Source: Eledone cirrhosa (taxonomy: Eukaryota). From it: a stretch of 64,000 nt of DNA. Where the stretch lies: contig OZ024743.1 in NCBI GenBank assembly GCA_964016885.1, forward strand, positions 285,944,001-286,008,000. The letters run 5' to 3'. Positions 1 through 12,835 of the stretch are shown piece by piece. A model generated the notes under the pieces. That model saw only the letters and a list, made by a program, of their open reading frames with translations, was not told the DNA's origin and made no database searches. Each line of letters begins with the position of its first letter. Position 1 is the first letter of the stretch. Made by a program: the position numbers and the translations under genes.

Positions 1-1
1 T

Positions 2-379
2 CAAACTACAATTGCATGGCGTTGTGAAGTGGAGGGTTGCAAAGGACGGTTGAGTACCTCATTTGAATACGAAAAGGATAGAAATTGCACTGAGAAAGGA
101 ATACACTCGCATGCTCCCAAATCTGCTAAAGCTGGCATGGAAAAAGTTAAAGAAAAAGTCTGCAAACCTGCTGTAACAACGCATGAACCACCCAGAGGTA
201 TACTCCAAGATGCCATTGCTGGTTTACCAAACAAACTTGCAGCAAAGATAGGATCAGGAGCAAAATTAAAGCGTACCATATCTAGGAGGCGAAGAGCTAT
301 GAGGAACTACCCTCCACCCTCTCAATCAGCTGCATCCATCGTTATTCCTGAATCCCTGCGGTCTATTTTCACGGGCTAG
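2..379 (+). CDS. FLYWCH zinc-finger ORF of Mutator/MULE transposase type, 5'-incomplete; candidate first coding exon of BTB gene copy 1
   Basis: Frame is open from base 2: QTTIAWRCEVEGCKGRLST...GIHSH (W-R-C-x4-C...H-x-H), followed by a MULE-like linker LKRTISRRRR...YPPP...IVIPESL. No catalytic domain follows. CpGs are retained only to about 430. Confidence 0.7.
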   Translation, partial: QTTIAWRCEVEGCKGRLSTSFEYEKDRNCTEKGIHSHAPKSAKAGMEKVKEKVCKPAVTTHEPPRGILQDAIAGLPNKLAAKIGSGAKLKRTISRRRRAMRNYPPPSQSAASIVIPESLRSIFTG

Positions 380-399
380 TATATTTTTATTTTTATCGA

Positions 400-1200
400 C
401 TTCGCTCAAACGACTGGACACGCATTCATAGAGAGAGACCCTTTGTTGTCAACAGAGGCAGTAGCTCCCTCAACTTATCCTATCCTGTTCCTATTCTAGC
501 TACAATGCTCTCAGATCAACATGCACTGCTAATTAGGTCACCTAGGTAACAGAAGCTATTAACTACTTCTATGGAGCCTTCCTGGGATTAGAAAAAGTAC
601 ATTTCACCAATGCTCTTACTACCAACCATCCCTGTACATCTGTTACAAAGTCTACTTTTTTTTGTTGGGTGTGCCTTCTATCCCACTACATTTCTTGTGT
701 GCCCAATAGTTACATTGTGTGCATTATCTAGTTTCTATCCCTATTCCTACTTCCCTGGTGGGATCGTAGTTGTCATTTTTCCTGCATACTAAAACTTTCA
801 TTTACTTGAAACCCTCTTGATTCTAAATTTTATTTCCATAGCTGTAATTTATTCTCGGTCTCTTCCATAAATTCAGCAGTAAGAACCAGGCGGTTGATAT
901 AGCTAAGGAGCTATAGTAAATAGAAGCAGGCTGAAGACAACTCTAATGAACACCTACATACACATTGGATTCTTCATTAAACTTATTACTTACTTTCACT
1001 TTGCTGACAGAACCTCTGTATATGGCTTTCACAGCTCTCTAAACCTAGTTATGGACCACCAGATGACAGATAGTGGTACATTGTTTAGAGCAAAAGCTGC
1101 ATATACTGGCTTACACCTAGCTAAGAACTGTGCAAAGCTAAACTACATCTCAATTAATCAATAAATTATCAAATTTAACTTTTTGTTTCCTGCAATACAG
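400..1200 (-). mobile_element. Highly decayed RTE-clade LINE fragment
   Basis: ctgctaattaggtcacctaggtaacagaagct (about 526-557) matches the RTE copies at about 51187 and 62215; many stops; boundaries approximate. Confidence 0.6.
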
Positions 1201-1834
1201 CAAGAAAGGGGTCAGAGATGTCATTTTGAGTAAAGCCCTAGAGCAAAAACTCACAACCTGGGAGATGGGATATCTTCAGCAAGTTGCTGGTTAACCAGAA
1301 AGTCACTTGATAAGAATACCAAATGACCAACTGGCCTCAAGCTTATAACATCTTGCGTATGGGCTTGGAAACTGGAGGAAGGCCACATTGTGACTTAGTC
1401 ATAGGCACAGTACTACAAACCTCACAACTGCATATTTCATTTTCCAGCTACACCTTCCCAGTAGAAGCATTTGGACTAAAAAAATGTTAACTTTGTAATT
1501 AAAACAAAGCTTTACTGATTTTTATGGGGGAGGGGGGTCGTGGGCTGGGGGGGCAGTAAGGTTTGTTTGTCAGGCACAGTGTCACACAATCATTAGATTA
1601 AATAATACCACAGTTGGATGGCATGTATAACAATCTATACAACCAAATTTTTCATGCTTGCATAGTTTTGATGAAACTTTTTAAGGCTTGGTAACCTTGT
1701 TGGCATTTGTGAAACAGCTACATTACAAGACTGTTTATGGGAGGGGCATAAACTTTTTAGCAATTGTCCATTATAAAGATGTACATAGCAACTGACAAAC
1801 ACATACACTCATATATATATATATAATTATGCTG

Positions 1835-2030
1835 AACTGGTGTCACAACAAAAGCACCCAGTCCACACTAATGTGGTTGGCATTAGGAAGGGCAAACAGC
1901 TGTAGAAACCAAACCAAAATACAGATCTGTATGAGCATGATGTGAATCACTTGATCTGACTTGGCTCACGTGACAACCGGTCTGACCCATGTAGGCATAG
2001 AAAAATAGGCGTTAAATGGTGATGATGATA
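1835..2030 (+). mobile_element. 3' end of RTE LINE or RTE-tailed SINE
   Basis: aaagcacccagt...gtggttggcattaggaagggc...gctgtagaaacc...acccatg...gatgatgat; the same 3' module occurs at about 50000-50187, 54700-54886 and 57180-57416. Confidence 0.7.
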
Positions 2031-3128
2031 TAAACAAATTTCTAAGTATTGATTCATTAATCTGTCAGTATATTTGAATGATTAGGGCTTCCAACTCCCA
2101 AAATTTGCAAACTGGTTTGAGCTACACGAAGGTTTCTAAAAATAATTCTACTGTCAGCAACACTGCATGACAGCTAAAGCCAAGATGTCACTGATATTTG
2201 ACCAATTTGGACTTCCACTTGAGATGCATTTTGTAGCGTGCCGAGGGAAAATGAGAGAAAAAGACAAACTATAAATAATTTCTAATTCCCTGATGTTATA
2301 GAATTCATCACTATGAACTGCATTCTTAAAGGTCATGTTATATCAGCATACAAGGTGGACTTAATGCTTTTTGTTGTGGCAATGGCATTGTGGGAGTTCA
2401 GATGTAGAGTATGTGTGGGTTGGGGAGGTGGGGGCAAGTTCAACATTGACAAGATGGTGAGGGTGGAGTGACGAGAAGATTGGTCCAATCTAGTGTATCC
2501 TTTACTTGTTTGTTTCATTTCATTTTGTGCACATGGGAAGGCAGATTTTTTGCAGTACATCCTGATGCAGAGATATCAATCCTGTGTCATCTCCTTTGTA
2601 AAGTTTAATTGGGCATGATCAGATTTTATCATTTCATCCCTAACTTTCTTAGGTCCATCCTCTTCCATAGTTTCCATTCAACTTTGAGTTGCCTGCCCTT
2701 TTTAAACAGCTGTCATCCTCTATACACATTACATGTCCAAACCACTGCAATCTCCTCTCCTGTATACTGCATCTGACCCCTCTTATGCCTAGTTTCTCTC
2801 AGTCTATTGATGCTTTGTTATTCAATACAATGATGTTAGTTTAACTCTTGGTATTAAAGAAAAATAGTCTTAATGTTTTGAATGTTAGTCCTTCTTCAAA
2901 AGATAGAATGAAAAAGAAAGAAAATTTGACAGGAGAAAACCATTTTGAACTCATTCCAGCATTGAAAGACAGAAATAGGATGATTAGAATGGAATACAAG
3001 TGGAGCATGTGCAATGAATCATTTTTTTATTTCAACCTGTTAACTCCACACCCATATTTACATAAAATAGTAAACACTAATAAAAAGAATGTAATGATGT
3101 ACTTATATCTATTTTATTTTAATTTCAG

Positions 3129-6100
3129 GTTCTAATGAATATGACAAGATTCTTGAAACTCCATCTGAGCTCTATACATCTAATCAGCTTCCGGTAAAAA
3201 TTATTAAAATTTCTCATTTTCGCCCAGCTGGCTATGACAATAAGATCTCATTTAACTGGGAGTGGAAGACAAATAATGAACTGTAGACGATGATGGGAAG
3301 GAAACCAGTGATGAATGTTGTGAAAAGAAATGGAATGAGATGGTTGGGTCATGTCTTCAAGAAGAGTGAAATGAATGTGGAAGGAAATAGAAGGGGAGTA
3401 CCAAGAGAGACATGGCTAAAATGATGGAGGATAAAGAAAACCAGGGATTGGTGAGGTGTGGATGCAGACAATAGGGGGAAATAGAGAAGCTTGTCATGAG
3501 TTCATCAAGGCTAATCTCTGTTTTAGAAAAGATGGTCTTGAAACATTTGTATTTCCCCTAGCTCATATTAATTTTATTGGGATTTACTTTGAATGTCCAT
3601 GCCTTTCCCAATGGCATCAGCACAAAATAAACTAATGTTATTGAATATTAAATCTGATTGCCCTATACAATTGACTAAGGTGATTTTTTTTTTTTTCAAA
3701 AGGAGCTAGCAAAATATTTTAGAATTGCTAGTACACAATAAGTAAAAGTAGGAAATGCTTTCTGTACATAGGCTACATCCATTATAACGAGAGAAAAAGA
3801 ATTGATACTGATAGAGTTTTAATTGATTTTGTAAGATGTGTTGGAGCTTAGGAATTATCACTACCAACCTTGAATATACTTTTCAAATCTAATTTGTATA
3901 TATTATTCTTTGTAGGTAAAATCACAAGTGATTAAATCAGCCCATCAACAAAATCCCTCTTCATATTCTTTAAATAAATCTTCAGATGTGGAACATCGGA
4001 GGAAAAGTCTTTCTTCTTCAACATCTAAAATCATCAATAGCCTTTCAGATACAAACCAGTCCCAATCGTTTCCGACACCTGCAAAAGTTCCTAAAAAACA
4101 CAGTTTCTCTAAACCGTACGTAATTTCATCAGTTTTATAACTAATTCTTTAGTTTAAATCTCCTCTCTCCTTCTCTACATTTCTAGTTTCTATACTATTA
4201 TGCTATTAGAAAGTATTGTAGATGAGTAGAAGTTATTAAGTTGTTTTCTTCATGTCTAAATGAGTGATAATTTGTATCTTCTGTCATTATAGTGAGATGT
4301 GTTTCTGAACAAGACAATTAACACAATGACTCCACTACTTCACTAAATATTTGATAATAACAACAACACTAATACTTACAAATAGCAATTGTTGTAAAGA
4401 TGTTCTCCAGGAAACTGAGTTCATGATCAGTTTCAATTTGATTTTTTTCTATTCTCTTAAACTGATGTTCATGGCAAAGGTATCAGTATTGTACATCTAT
4501 AATCATAGGCTTCTGCCTACCTGAAGTCAACAAGCAATATTCCAGTATACCAAATGATGATATTAGCTGTTTGGATGTTCTCATTTTCAGCATTTTATTG
4601 TATATATAGTATTAAGAGGGATCCTCCATTAGCCTCAGTGTGGAGTATTCCAGTTGCTAATCAACATACTATATATTCATTGAATTATTGTGTGAGTGGT
4701 TGGGTATTCCATAGATAAGTTCTCTTAATGTAATACCCAAACAGAATCATCACAACTCAGTATATGGTATAATGCTGGCTATTTGAATTTCGAGTACAAG
4801 TTATAATATCTGTCTCAAAACTGATCTGTTTTACAATCTAGCACGAGTAAGATGGTTTCTATGAGAGCAATTATCATTATGGCTATGCCTATAATGCTAG
4901 CCACTCATCAGTGAATTCACGTGGACCCTTTAGTCAACCCACCAACTGTAGCAGAGTGAAATTTCTACTTACATACATGCAGAAACACTACACAGATGGT
5001 ATAATTTTTGGACTAGAAATAATTTCTATTTAGAGTTTATCCAAAATTCTCATACGATTCTCTTTGCTTTTTATAAAATATTTTTTGTGATAGGTATTAA
5101 AAATTATAAAAAGTGAAGTAATTTGATTTTGTCTACTTCTATTTGTTTTATTCATTTTTAATTCCATGAATTTTTTTTTTTTTTTTAAATCTTTTTTTTT
5201 TTCAGTTTTATTTCCCTTGGTCAATCTCATGTTTTGGAGAAACCAGCTACAGTTTCATCTTTCACTAATGATACTAGATCCCAGCCTATAGATTGCTCTA
5301 GTAGCTCTTCCAAAAATCACAGTTTTACTTCAAAAAATATTCAGAAACTATCAGCTGCTTCTAAATCAGAGAAACAGATGCGAATCAGTCCACCTATTGA
5401 TGTATCACCCCAAAAAGAGAAACGTATGCTTGTAGTACCAAACCATCAGTCATCTGTCATGTCTAACATGTCGTCCTTGTGGAAAGCCGGTCGGTTGTGT
5501 GATGCTTATATCAGCAATGGTGCAGTTAGTGTTATGGTAAGTTTGCGTTGTGACTGATTTTATAGTTTTAAATTTTTTTGTATGCAATAATCATAGGATG
5601 AAATTACTGAACAATGAAATATTTGTTTATTAGACTTTATTGCTTATTGCAGTGTACGGTATCAGTTTACAACTGGGTTAAATAGGCAACTCGTAAGAAA
5701 CAGTACACCAGTAGCAGCATACAAAACAATCATTTTGTTAGGAGACTAAATTAACTTAATTTGATACAGCTGCCTTAAGAATTCATTTTAAATTCAACTA
5801 GTTTGATATTGTTTTTTTTTGAATTTCCCAATATATTTTCTTAAAGTATGTAAGTGGTTCAGGAAAACATTCCAATAGCAAAAAATTATTTTTGCTCTAC
5901 AAAGTACCGTCAGTGGTGGAAAGTGGCACAAGTTAATCCAATGACCCACTCTTAGGTAAGAATTTTTAACATAAACAGGGTTCTACAATTTAGAAAAAGA
6001 TATAGTTGATTATATCAACCTTTGAAGTTGACTTCAGCTAGATTTTAATTCAAAATATAAAGGAATGTGACCAAATATCACAATACATTTTATGATACTC

Positions 6101-7260
6101 CACCTTCTAATAGCACATGTGATACCTGAAATTAAGACAAAAAGAATTAAATGGGAAATGTGCTTCTTGAAAAGATTTTTTTTTTTTTCTGTAACTAAAT
6201 TAGGGGAAGAAATTAGAATTAGTCAATCTTTACTTTTCAATCTATTAATTTTATTGATTTTCATTTGCAGGTTCATCAAATTGTTTTTGGAGCTGTTTGT
6301 CCCAAAGTGTTGCCTGTATTTTACAATAGTTTTCCTTCCGATTTACCAACAGTAACATTCCCTTCTACAGTCAGTGAAGAAGCTCTATTAGCTTTTTGTG
6401 AATACATGTACGATGGTGTGCTGGAACTAGATAAAAATATCCTGTCTCAATTGAAAATTATTGCCAAGTGTCTTGATATGCAGGGTTTTGATCAACTCTG
6501 TAACAACCAGCTAAAATTTGCAGAAAATTCAGTAACAGTGCCATCAGATATGTTGGAGTCAATACTTGCTGAGCCTTGCTCTTCATCAGGACTTATCTCA
6601 GACAGTAGTACAAATACACAAATTGCATGCCAAGATAATTTCATCCCTGTTTCTCAAATAATTCCACACAAACTTATCAATCAATACAAGCGTAATCTTG
6701 AGGAAAGTTCCAGTGGACTTTCACACAAATTTCCAACAGAGATAAAAAGGAAATCAGTGAAACAGGAATTTTGTGATACCAACATTGAAGATGGTGATGT
6801 TAACAGTAACCATGACGATAACTTAATTAACAAACCACAGATTAAAGTAGAACTGATTGGTCCAGATGATCATCGATATGGATACCAGGATATTTTTTCC
6901 ACACAACAGGGTTCAGACCCTTCTGATGCTGATATAACTCAGTCAAGCTTGCTTTCTCATAATACAGCCCTGGATAGCTTTGAGCAGAGTATGGACATAC
7001 AGCAGGCTGAACAATCTTTACAATCATCTTCATCCCTCTCTCCTCTTTATTCTCTTCACTCAGAATCTCATCCAGTTGGCTACCTAACTCCTACATCAGT
7101 TCGTAGACTAGTAAGTTGTGATAAATTCCAAAATAGGAAAAACTCTGAAAATCCTAAGCCTTATCCTGTTAGTTTCTTCAGTGCAAATGATGAGCCAATA
7201 TCTTTATCTTCATCCAATCTACAGTTAGCATATGTCAAAAAAAAGCATATGGCTAGATGA
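3129..7260 (+). CDS. BTB/POZ-domain protein, tandem copy 1 (exons 3129-3193, 3916-4115, 5206-5536, 6271-7260; 5' exon upstream)
   Basis: All introns are GT-AG with matching phases (1-0-2-0). The spliced product contains NHQSSVMSNMSSLWKAGRLCDAYI...VM|VHQIVFGAVCP...VSEEALLAFCEYMYDGVLEL...LKIIAKCLDMQGFDQLC, a canonical BTB fold. Every exon is conserved in copy 2. Confidence 0.88.
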
Positions 7261-7975
7261 CACCAAGGATTACTTGCAGTGGTTTTCATTTCAACAGAAC
7301 ATCATAAACAGATACAGCTAATTTTCTCCTTTTTTTTGTGTTAGGTATAGTATATTTATCTTGTTGCAACTAAGACACTGTTGCATAAGATAAATGTTGG
7401 TTACACGGATGGATATTTTTGTTTGTCTAAATGTAGAGAATATCCAACACAAATAGCTTGCAGAGTGAGCATTAAGCTATCTGTTTCCTGAATTTCTTGT
7501 ACCTTATCCAAGAGGAAATCGTTAATATTTGTCTCTGTTGATTCTCTTGTTGAGAAAAGATGACGTTATTTTTCCATAATTGTAAATATTTTAGAATGGA
7601 AAATATTATAATCAGGGAGTTAAAAAGCAATTCACATTGAATTTATTAAATCATGTATAAAGCATGAAAAACTAATATTCCTTCAGATGGAAAACTCTTT
7701 TTTTTATTTAAATGACAGAAGTATGTCAAGGCAAACATTAATACATGCATAAAAGACATTTTTGAGAAAATTTTGTTTGTTTGTTTTTTGTAGGTAAGAC
7801 ACATCTTGGTTCTTAAAGGTTGATGTTTTAGTTCTGGTTTCATGACATTAAGTGGGTTAGATAAATCTTCTGGATAGGGCGCCCATCCATTGCAAGTAAT
7901 ATTTACAGAAGATGAGGTACTGCTAATTCTTGACAGATCAGCAAACTAGAGCATGTAATCTTATATTATGAACAT

Positions 7976-8172
7976 TTTTATAACCCTTTTGACTAGTTAT
8001 ATTTACTACAATGCAGTGGGTACTAACAATTTTATCTCAAGCATAACTTCCGACTACAAAACGTGAGACTTTCAAGCAAGACTCCAACCAAACTGCTGAC
8101 AAGACATGTTGCTTATTTATTATAGTCCGCCAAGTCCATTTCTTTAATCCCAAAGGGGTGTTCACCACAACA
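7976..8172 (-). repeat. 3' LTR of the Gypsy element
   Basis: About 197-bp direct repeat of 14092-14295, with termini t(t/g)ttataa...acaaca. Confidence 0.9.
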
Positions 8173-9796
8173 TATCCCTTTTGAGATTTTCTTCCTTTGG
8201 AAAAAAAATCGATCCCAACATCTCCTCTTTTGAGATTTACTTCCGTCAGAAGCTTAATATTTTTTCCGCTTCGGGACTACTTCCAACAATTCCGTCTGCT
8301 TTCTTTTTCTTGTGGAGTTGGCACATCGAATATGTCATAGAGTACTTCCATAGGTACTTCTTTTCTTGTACCCTTTTCTTCAGCCAACCATAGTTTTAGC
8401 TCATTAATGTACCTTTTGTGTTCCCATTTCGAACCTTGCACCATGTATGTCATTTTACAGATCGTTTTTTTTTTTATTACACCGTCTTCCCAACCTTCCT
8501 TTCCATTCCTGTATACTATGAAAAACACCTTATCCCCCAGGTTTGAAATATTTGAACGTAATATTGGTGTTTCTCCAAGTCTTTATTTTATGTCCCGGCA
8601 ATAGTTTATCAAAAACTAACCTAATTTTTCTGGCAATCATCAGTTTAGCAAGCGACATGCCTGAAACGGTATTAGGGTTTGGCATTACTCATTAAGCACT
8701 CAGGAATTATTGTAACGATACCTCCTCTGCTTCCTCATGGTTTAATTTTATTAGCGCCCCTTTGAACGTGTCCTCAAAGCATTCAGCTTGTCCGTTCGAT
8801 CTTGGGTGATACAGTCAATTGTGAACATTTTGCAAAATTTCTTGAATTCACTGTTACCATAGAGGTCGGTCTTCTACATTTACAAATCTCTGGCCATTTT
8901 GTAAAACTGTCCGCAACTACTAGATAATATGATCCATTTAATGTTCCTACAAAATCTATGTGTAACCTGGTCCATAGAATGTCAGTCTTGGGCCAAGGTT
9001 GAAATTTTGTAAGTGGTGATTTTGCTTCAAAAGCACAGCCTTTGCAGGATTTTACTAACTTCTCGATATCTAGGTCCATTTCTGGCCAGTAAACATAACT
9101 CCTCGTGATTGACTTCATCCTAGGAATTCATGGATGCCCAGTGTGGAAATCATTTAACATTCATTTTTGTAGTGAAACGGGCATTACCACTCTCTGTGCA
9201 TACATAAGCACATAATCAAATAAGAGTTCAAATCCGTGTTATATCCAGCAACAGGTTTTTTTTTTTTTTTTCTTCCGATCTCACTATTTTTTTCATTTTA
9301 ATAATAAACTCATCCTTTTCTGCCTTAATTTTTATTTCCTCCAATGTGACGGGCAATTCTCACACAGTGTTGCATAGTATACTTTTTATTTCGTTTTTTG
9401 GCTCTTAAAGCTGCGATCACCGTGTCTTCTAGTGGATGGTTTGTCAAGATTAATATTTTGGTATTAATCTTGACAAACCATCCACATGTCCCAATTTTTT
9501 AAATGGCAAAATACTCCATCTTGAAGTCATAATCTTGCTATGATCTGTTGGTTGTATGAATGGAAATACCCCTTTTTTTAACCATGGATCAACAATAATG
9601 AGCAGTGGTCTGTTTGTAAGCGGAATTTTCTTCCGCAAATATGATGGTTTAATGCTTCCTTCTCTATCTGATTGTAATTTTTTTCAGCTGGCAATAAGGA
9701 CTGCAAAGCATGAGCTACAGCTTTTAAACTTCCATCTTCATATTTATGTAAAATCACAGCACCTATACCACTTTCGTGAAGGCGCATGGTTTAGTG

Positions 9797-11066
9797 CAGA
9801 GGTTGGCAACCCCCGGCCCGCCTAAGACTTAGACTAAATGATCCATGAAAAAGTACTTTGAATTATTTTGGATTAGAATACCAACTAGAGAACACGTATA
9901 GCCACATAACTAACTTAGCTGAACGTAATTTTTTGCATGACATTAACAAACAATCAAACTCAGAGAGTATCTCATTACATAATTGACCATTTCTGTCTGT
10001 TTTATTTGTAGAAAGAAATATCATTAAAGTAATCTATCTATATATTACTAAAAGTCTGTGATTGCTTGCTTGCTTGTCTGTAATGTAATACAGCCAAAAC
10101 GGCACATAATTGGAAAATAATTTGAAAGAAAGTTGCCCCTGAAATGGGAATACCAATGGAATAAAACAAGTTTTGCGTAAATCAGACCACAGGTTCCCGA
10201 GATATGGGGTTTTCTGGGTACCTTCATAAACAGAGAGAGAAAACTAGTGGTTGTGAGAGAGTAGATTGAAGGAGAATGGAAGAGAGCTGGTGGTGGTGTT
10301 GTGTATATAGATCACACACACACATTTATATATATAGATGGGCCTTCCAGTTTCATTTCACATTATATACATGTCTGTCTATATTTTAATTATTTTAAAA
10401 TTATTTTTAAGTGAACATGATTTTTAAAACATATTTTGAAGTGAATGTGACCCAACGGGTCATTGGTGGTCGAGTATAATACTAAAACTCTGATTGCTTG
10501 CTTGTCTTTAAATTTAATAGCCAAAAGGGCGCATAATGGGAAAATACTTTGAAAGGAAGTTGCCCCTGAAATGGGAATACCAATGGAATAAAACAAGTTT
10601 TGCATAAATCGGACCACGGGTTCCCGAGATATGTGGTTTTTCCTGGTACCGTCATAAACAGAGAGAGCTGGTGGGGTTGTGCGTGTGTCTCTATGACCAG
10701 TGTATATAGATAACAGACAGCCACATATATATATATATATATGGGCCTTCCAGTTTCATTTCATATATACATGTCTATGTATATTTTAATTATTTAAAAA
10801 TTACTTTGAAGCGAACGTGACCCAGCGGGTCACGAGTGGTCAAGTATCACATAAAATTCATTGGTCTTTAATCCCGGGATAAAGGTAGCCTTTTGGACAG
10901 AGCAGTTTGAGGTCAAGCAAATTTATTATATTTTGATATAACCCACTGACGAGATACTGCATACCTTTGAGGCCCGCCAACGAGACACTGTATAGCTATG
11001 TGACCCGCCAACAAGACACTGTATAGCAATGAGGCCCGCACACCCCTAAAAGGTTGCCGACCCCTG
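9797..11066. mobile_element. Non-autonomous hAT DNA transposon
   Basis: TIRs cagaggttggcaacc / ggttgccgacccctg; 8-bp TSD gtttagtg (9789-9796) / gcttagtg (11067-11074); ggcccgc subterminal repeats. Confidence 0.85.
10033..10844 (+). mobile_element. Head-to-tail dimer of a non-autonomous Helitron-like element
   Basis: Two similar units (10033-10474 and 10475-10844). The first starts tctatctatatattactaaaa; each ends with a hairpin gtgaccc..cgggtca and a CTAG-like terminus (cgag/caag)+t. Confidence 0.7.
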
Positions 11067-12049
11067 GCTTAGTGGTTAGAGCATTGGGCTTGCAATCGGA
11101 AGGTTGTGAGTTTGATTCTCTGACTGAGTAATACATTGTGTCCTGGTGCAAGACACTATTTCACTTTGTTCCAGTTTATTCAGCTGTAGAAATGAGTTGC
11201 AACGTCACTAGTGTCAAGCTGTATTGGCTATTGCCTTTCCCTTGGACATCATCGGTGGCGTGGAGAGGGGAGGCTGGTACGCATGGTAACTGCTGGTCTT
11301 CGACAAACAACTTTGCCCGGACTTGTGCCTCGGAGGGAAACTTTCTAGGTGCAAATCCCGTGGTCATTCATGACCGAAGGAGGTCTTTACCCCACTTTCA
11401 CTTGCATCTGATGCCACAACACTTTCTAATTTGGGTCAAAATGTGATAATGACAAATCTGACGTTAGGATCCTTTTAATTTCCTCAAAAGCTTTTTGGCA
11501 CTTCTCCGACCAGTTCCATTTAACATCTTTTTTTAACAAGTTATTAGAGGTCCTCTCAAATCATGCATATTTAGTATGTATACCTGGTAGTAATTTGCGA
11601 GCCCTAAAAATGCTTGTAACGTTTTAATGTTTTTGGGGGCAGGCATATTTTTTATTGCACTCAACCTTAATGGGTCTTGTCTACGTCCGTTTTCGTTGAT
11701 AATTTGCCCCAGATATTTTATTCTTCACATAAAAAATTCACATTTTCATCACTGAGCGTACTTTAATTTTTTCAGCATGCTGACCTCAAGATGCACTTTT
11801 TATGAGTATATCATCGAAGTAAGCCATTGAGAAATCCGAACCTGTAACCATAGTGTCCATAATTTGTTGAAAAATAGCTGGTGCAACTTTTATACCAAAA
11901 GGGAGGCAATTAAATTTATACAATCCTTTATGAGTGTCGATCCTAATAATTTTGAACATTCCTCAACTTGTACCTGAAGATATTCCTTGGATAGGTCCAA
12001 CTTTGAAAAATAATTTTCCTCCATTTAATTTTGTGAAAATTTCTTCGAC

Positions 12050-12835
12050 ATGGTACGTGGCACATTGAAAAAAAAAATGCTGGTCCGCCACAGATAGTTT
12101 GAGAAGCACTGCACTACAGGACAGATCTTAACACTCACACACACATGTACCAGACTTCTGTACAGTCACTGCCAACCAAACCATTTAAGGCCCTAGTAAA
12201 AGGGATTTGGAAAAAGAGTCACCCCAAAATCACATAGTAATGAAGTGAACTCCTTAATGCAGTCAGGTCTGTGGCTACAGGTACACATAAACAGATTTAT
12301 ATACTCACACAAAAATGTATATGGAAATATACACATACACAATCAAATGCATATATGCATATATGTACATATACATATATAGCTATGTATATATTTGACT
12401 GGTGTTGATGTAAAACTTGAAATATATGTGTGTATGTGTGTGTAGGTATATATATGTAGATACACATGATATATACACACATATATACATATATAGAGGC
12501 ACATGGCTTAGTAGTTAGAGCATTGGCCTTCAATCGAAGGGTTGTGTTGTTTCCTTGAGCAAGACACTTTATTTCACATTGCTCCAGTTTACTCAGCTGT
12601 AGAAATGAGATGATAGGGACTGGGGTCCCTATCATTCCACTGCAAAGTGGTCGTGTAGGTGCCACGGCAAAAAAGCACCCAGCACTCACTGTAAATGAGG
12701 TTGGTATTAGGAAGGGCATCCAGCTGTAGAAATCAAGCCAGAATCAGTTCCCGTCCCACCCTTGCAAGCAGGGAAAAGCGGACGTAAAATGATGATGCAC
12801 ATATATAGATTTATAAACATATACATACACACATA
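12050..12835. mobile_element. Composite insertion in the Gypsy RT: hAT-like end, TA/CA microsatellite, SINE head with RTE-type 3' tail
   Basis: tttgagaagcactg end at about 12111; ggcacatggcttagtagttagagc SINE head at about 12498; RTE 3' module at about 12640-12797; Gypsy RT frame resumes at about 12836. Confidence 0.6.

Larger units (their letters stand above)
9776..11392 (+). mobile_element. tRNA-derived SINE inserted in the Gypsy RNase H region, split by a hAT element
   Basis: Head gaaggcgcatgg[..]ttagtggttagagc...gtgagtttgattc, core gtgtcctggtgcaagacact; TSD cactttc at 9769-9775 and 11393-11399. Confidence 0.82.

Noticed and set aside
6265-6270. ORF-track starts at 6265, 27899, 5234, 25776, 3928 and 46297
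   Set aside because: These are TTG/GTG codons in splice acceptors, exon interiors or UTR, not eukaryotic initiation sites.
11067-11130. tRNA-like sequence (also about 12498 and the SINE heads at 26.5-26.9 kb)
   Set aside because: No complete cloverleaf, and the sequence continues into a SINE body with TSDs.
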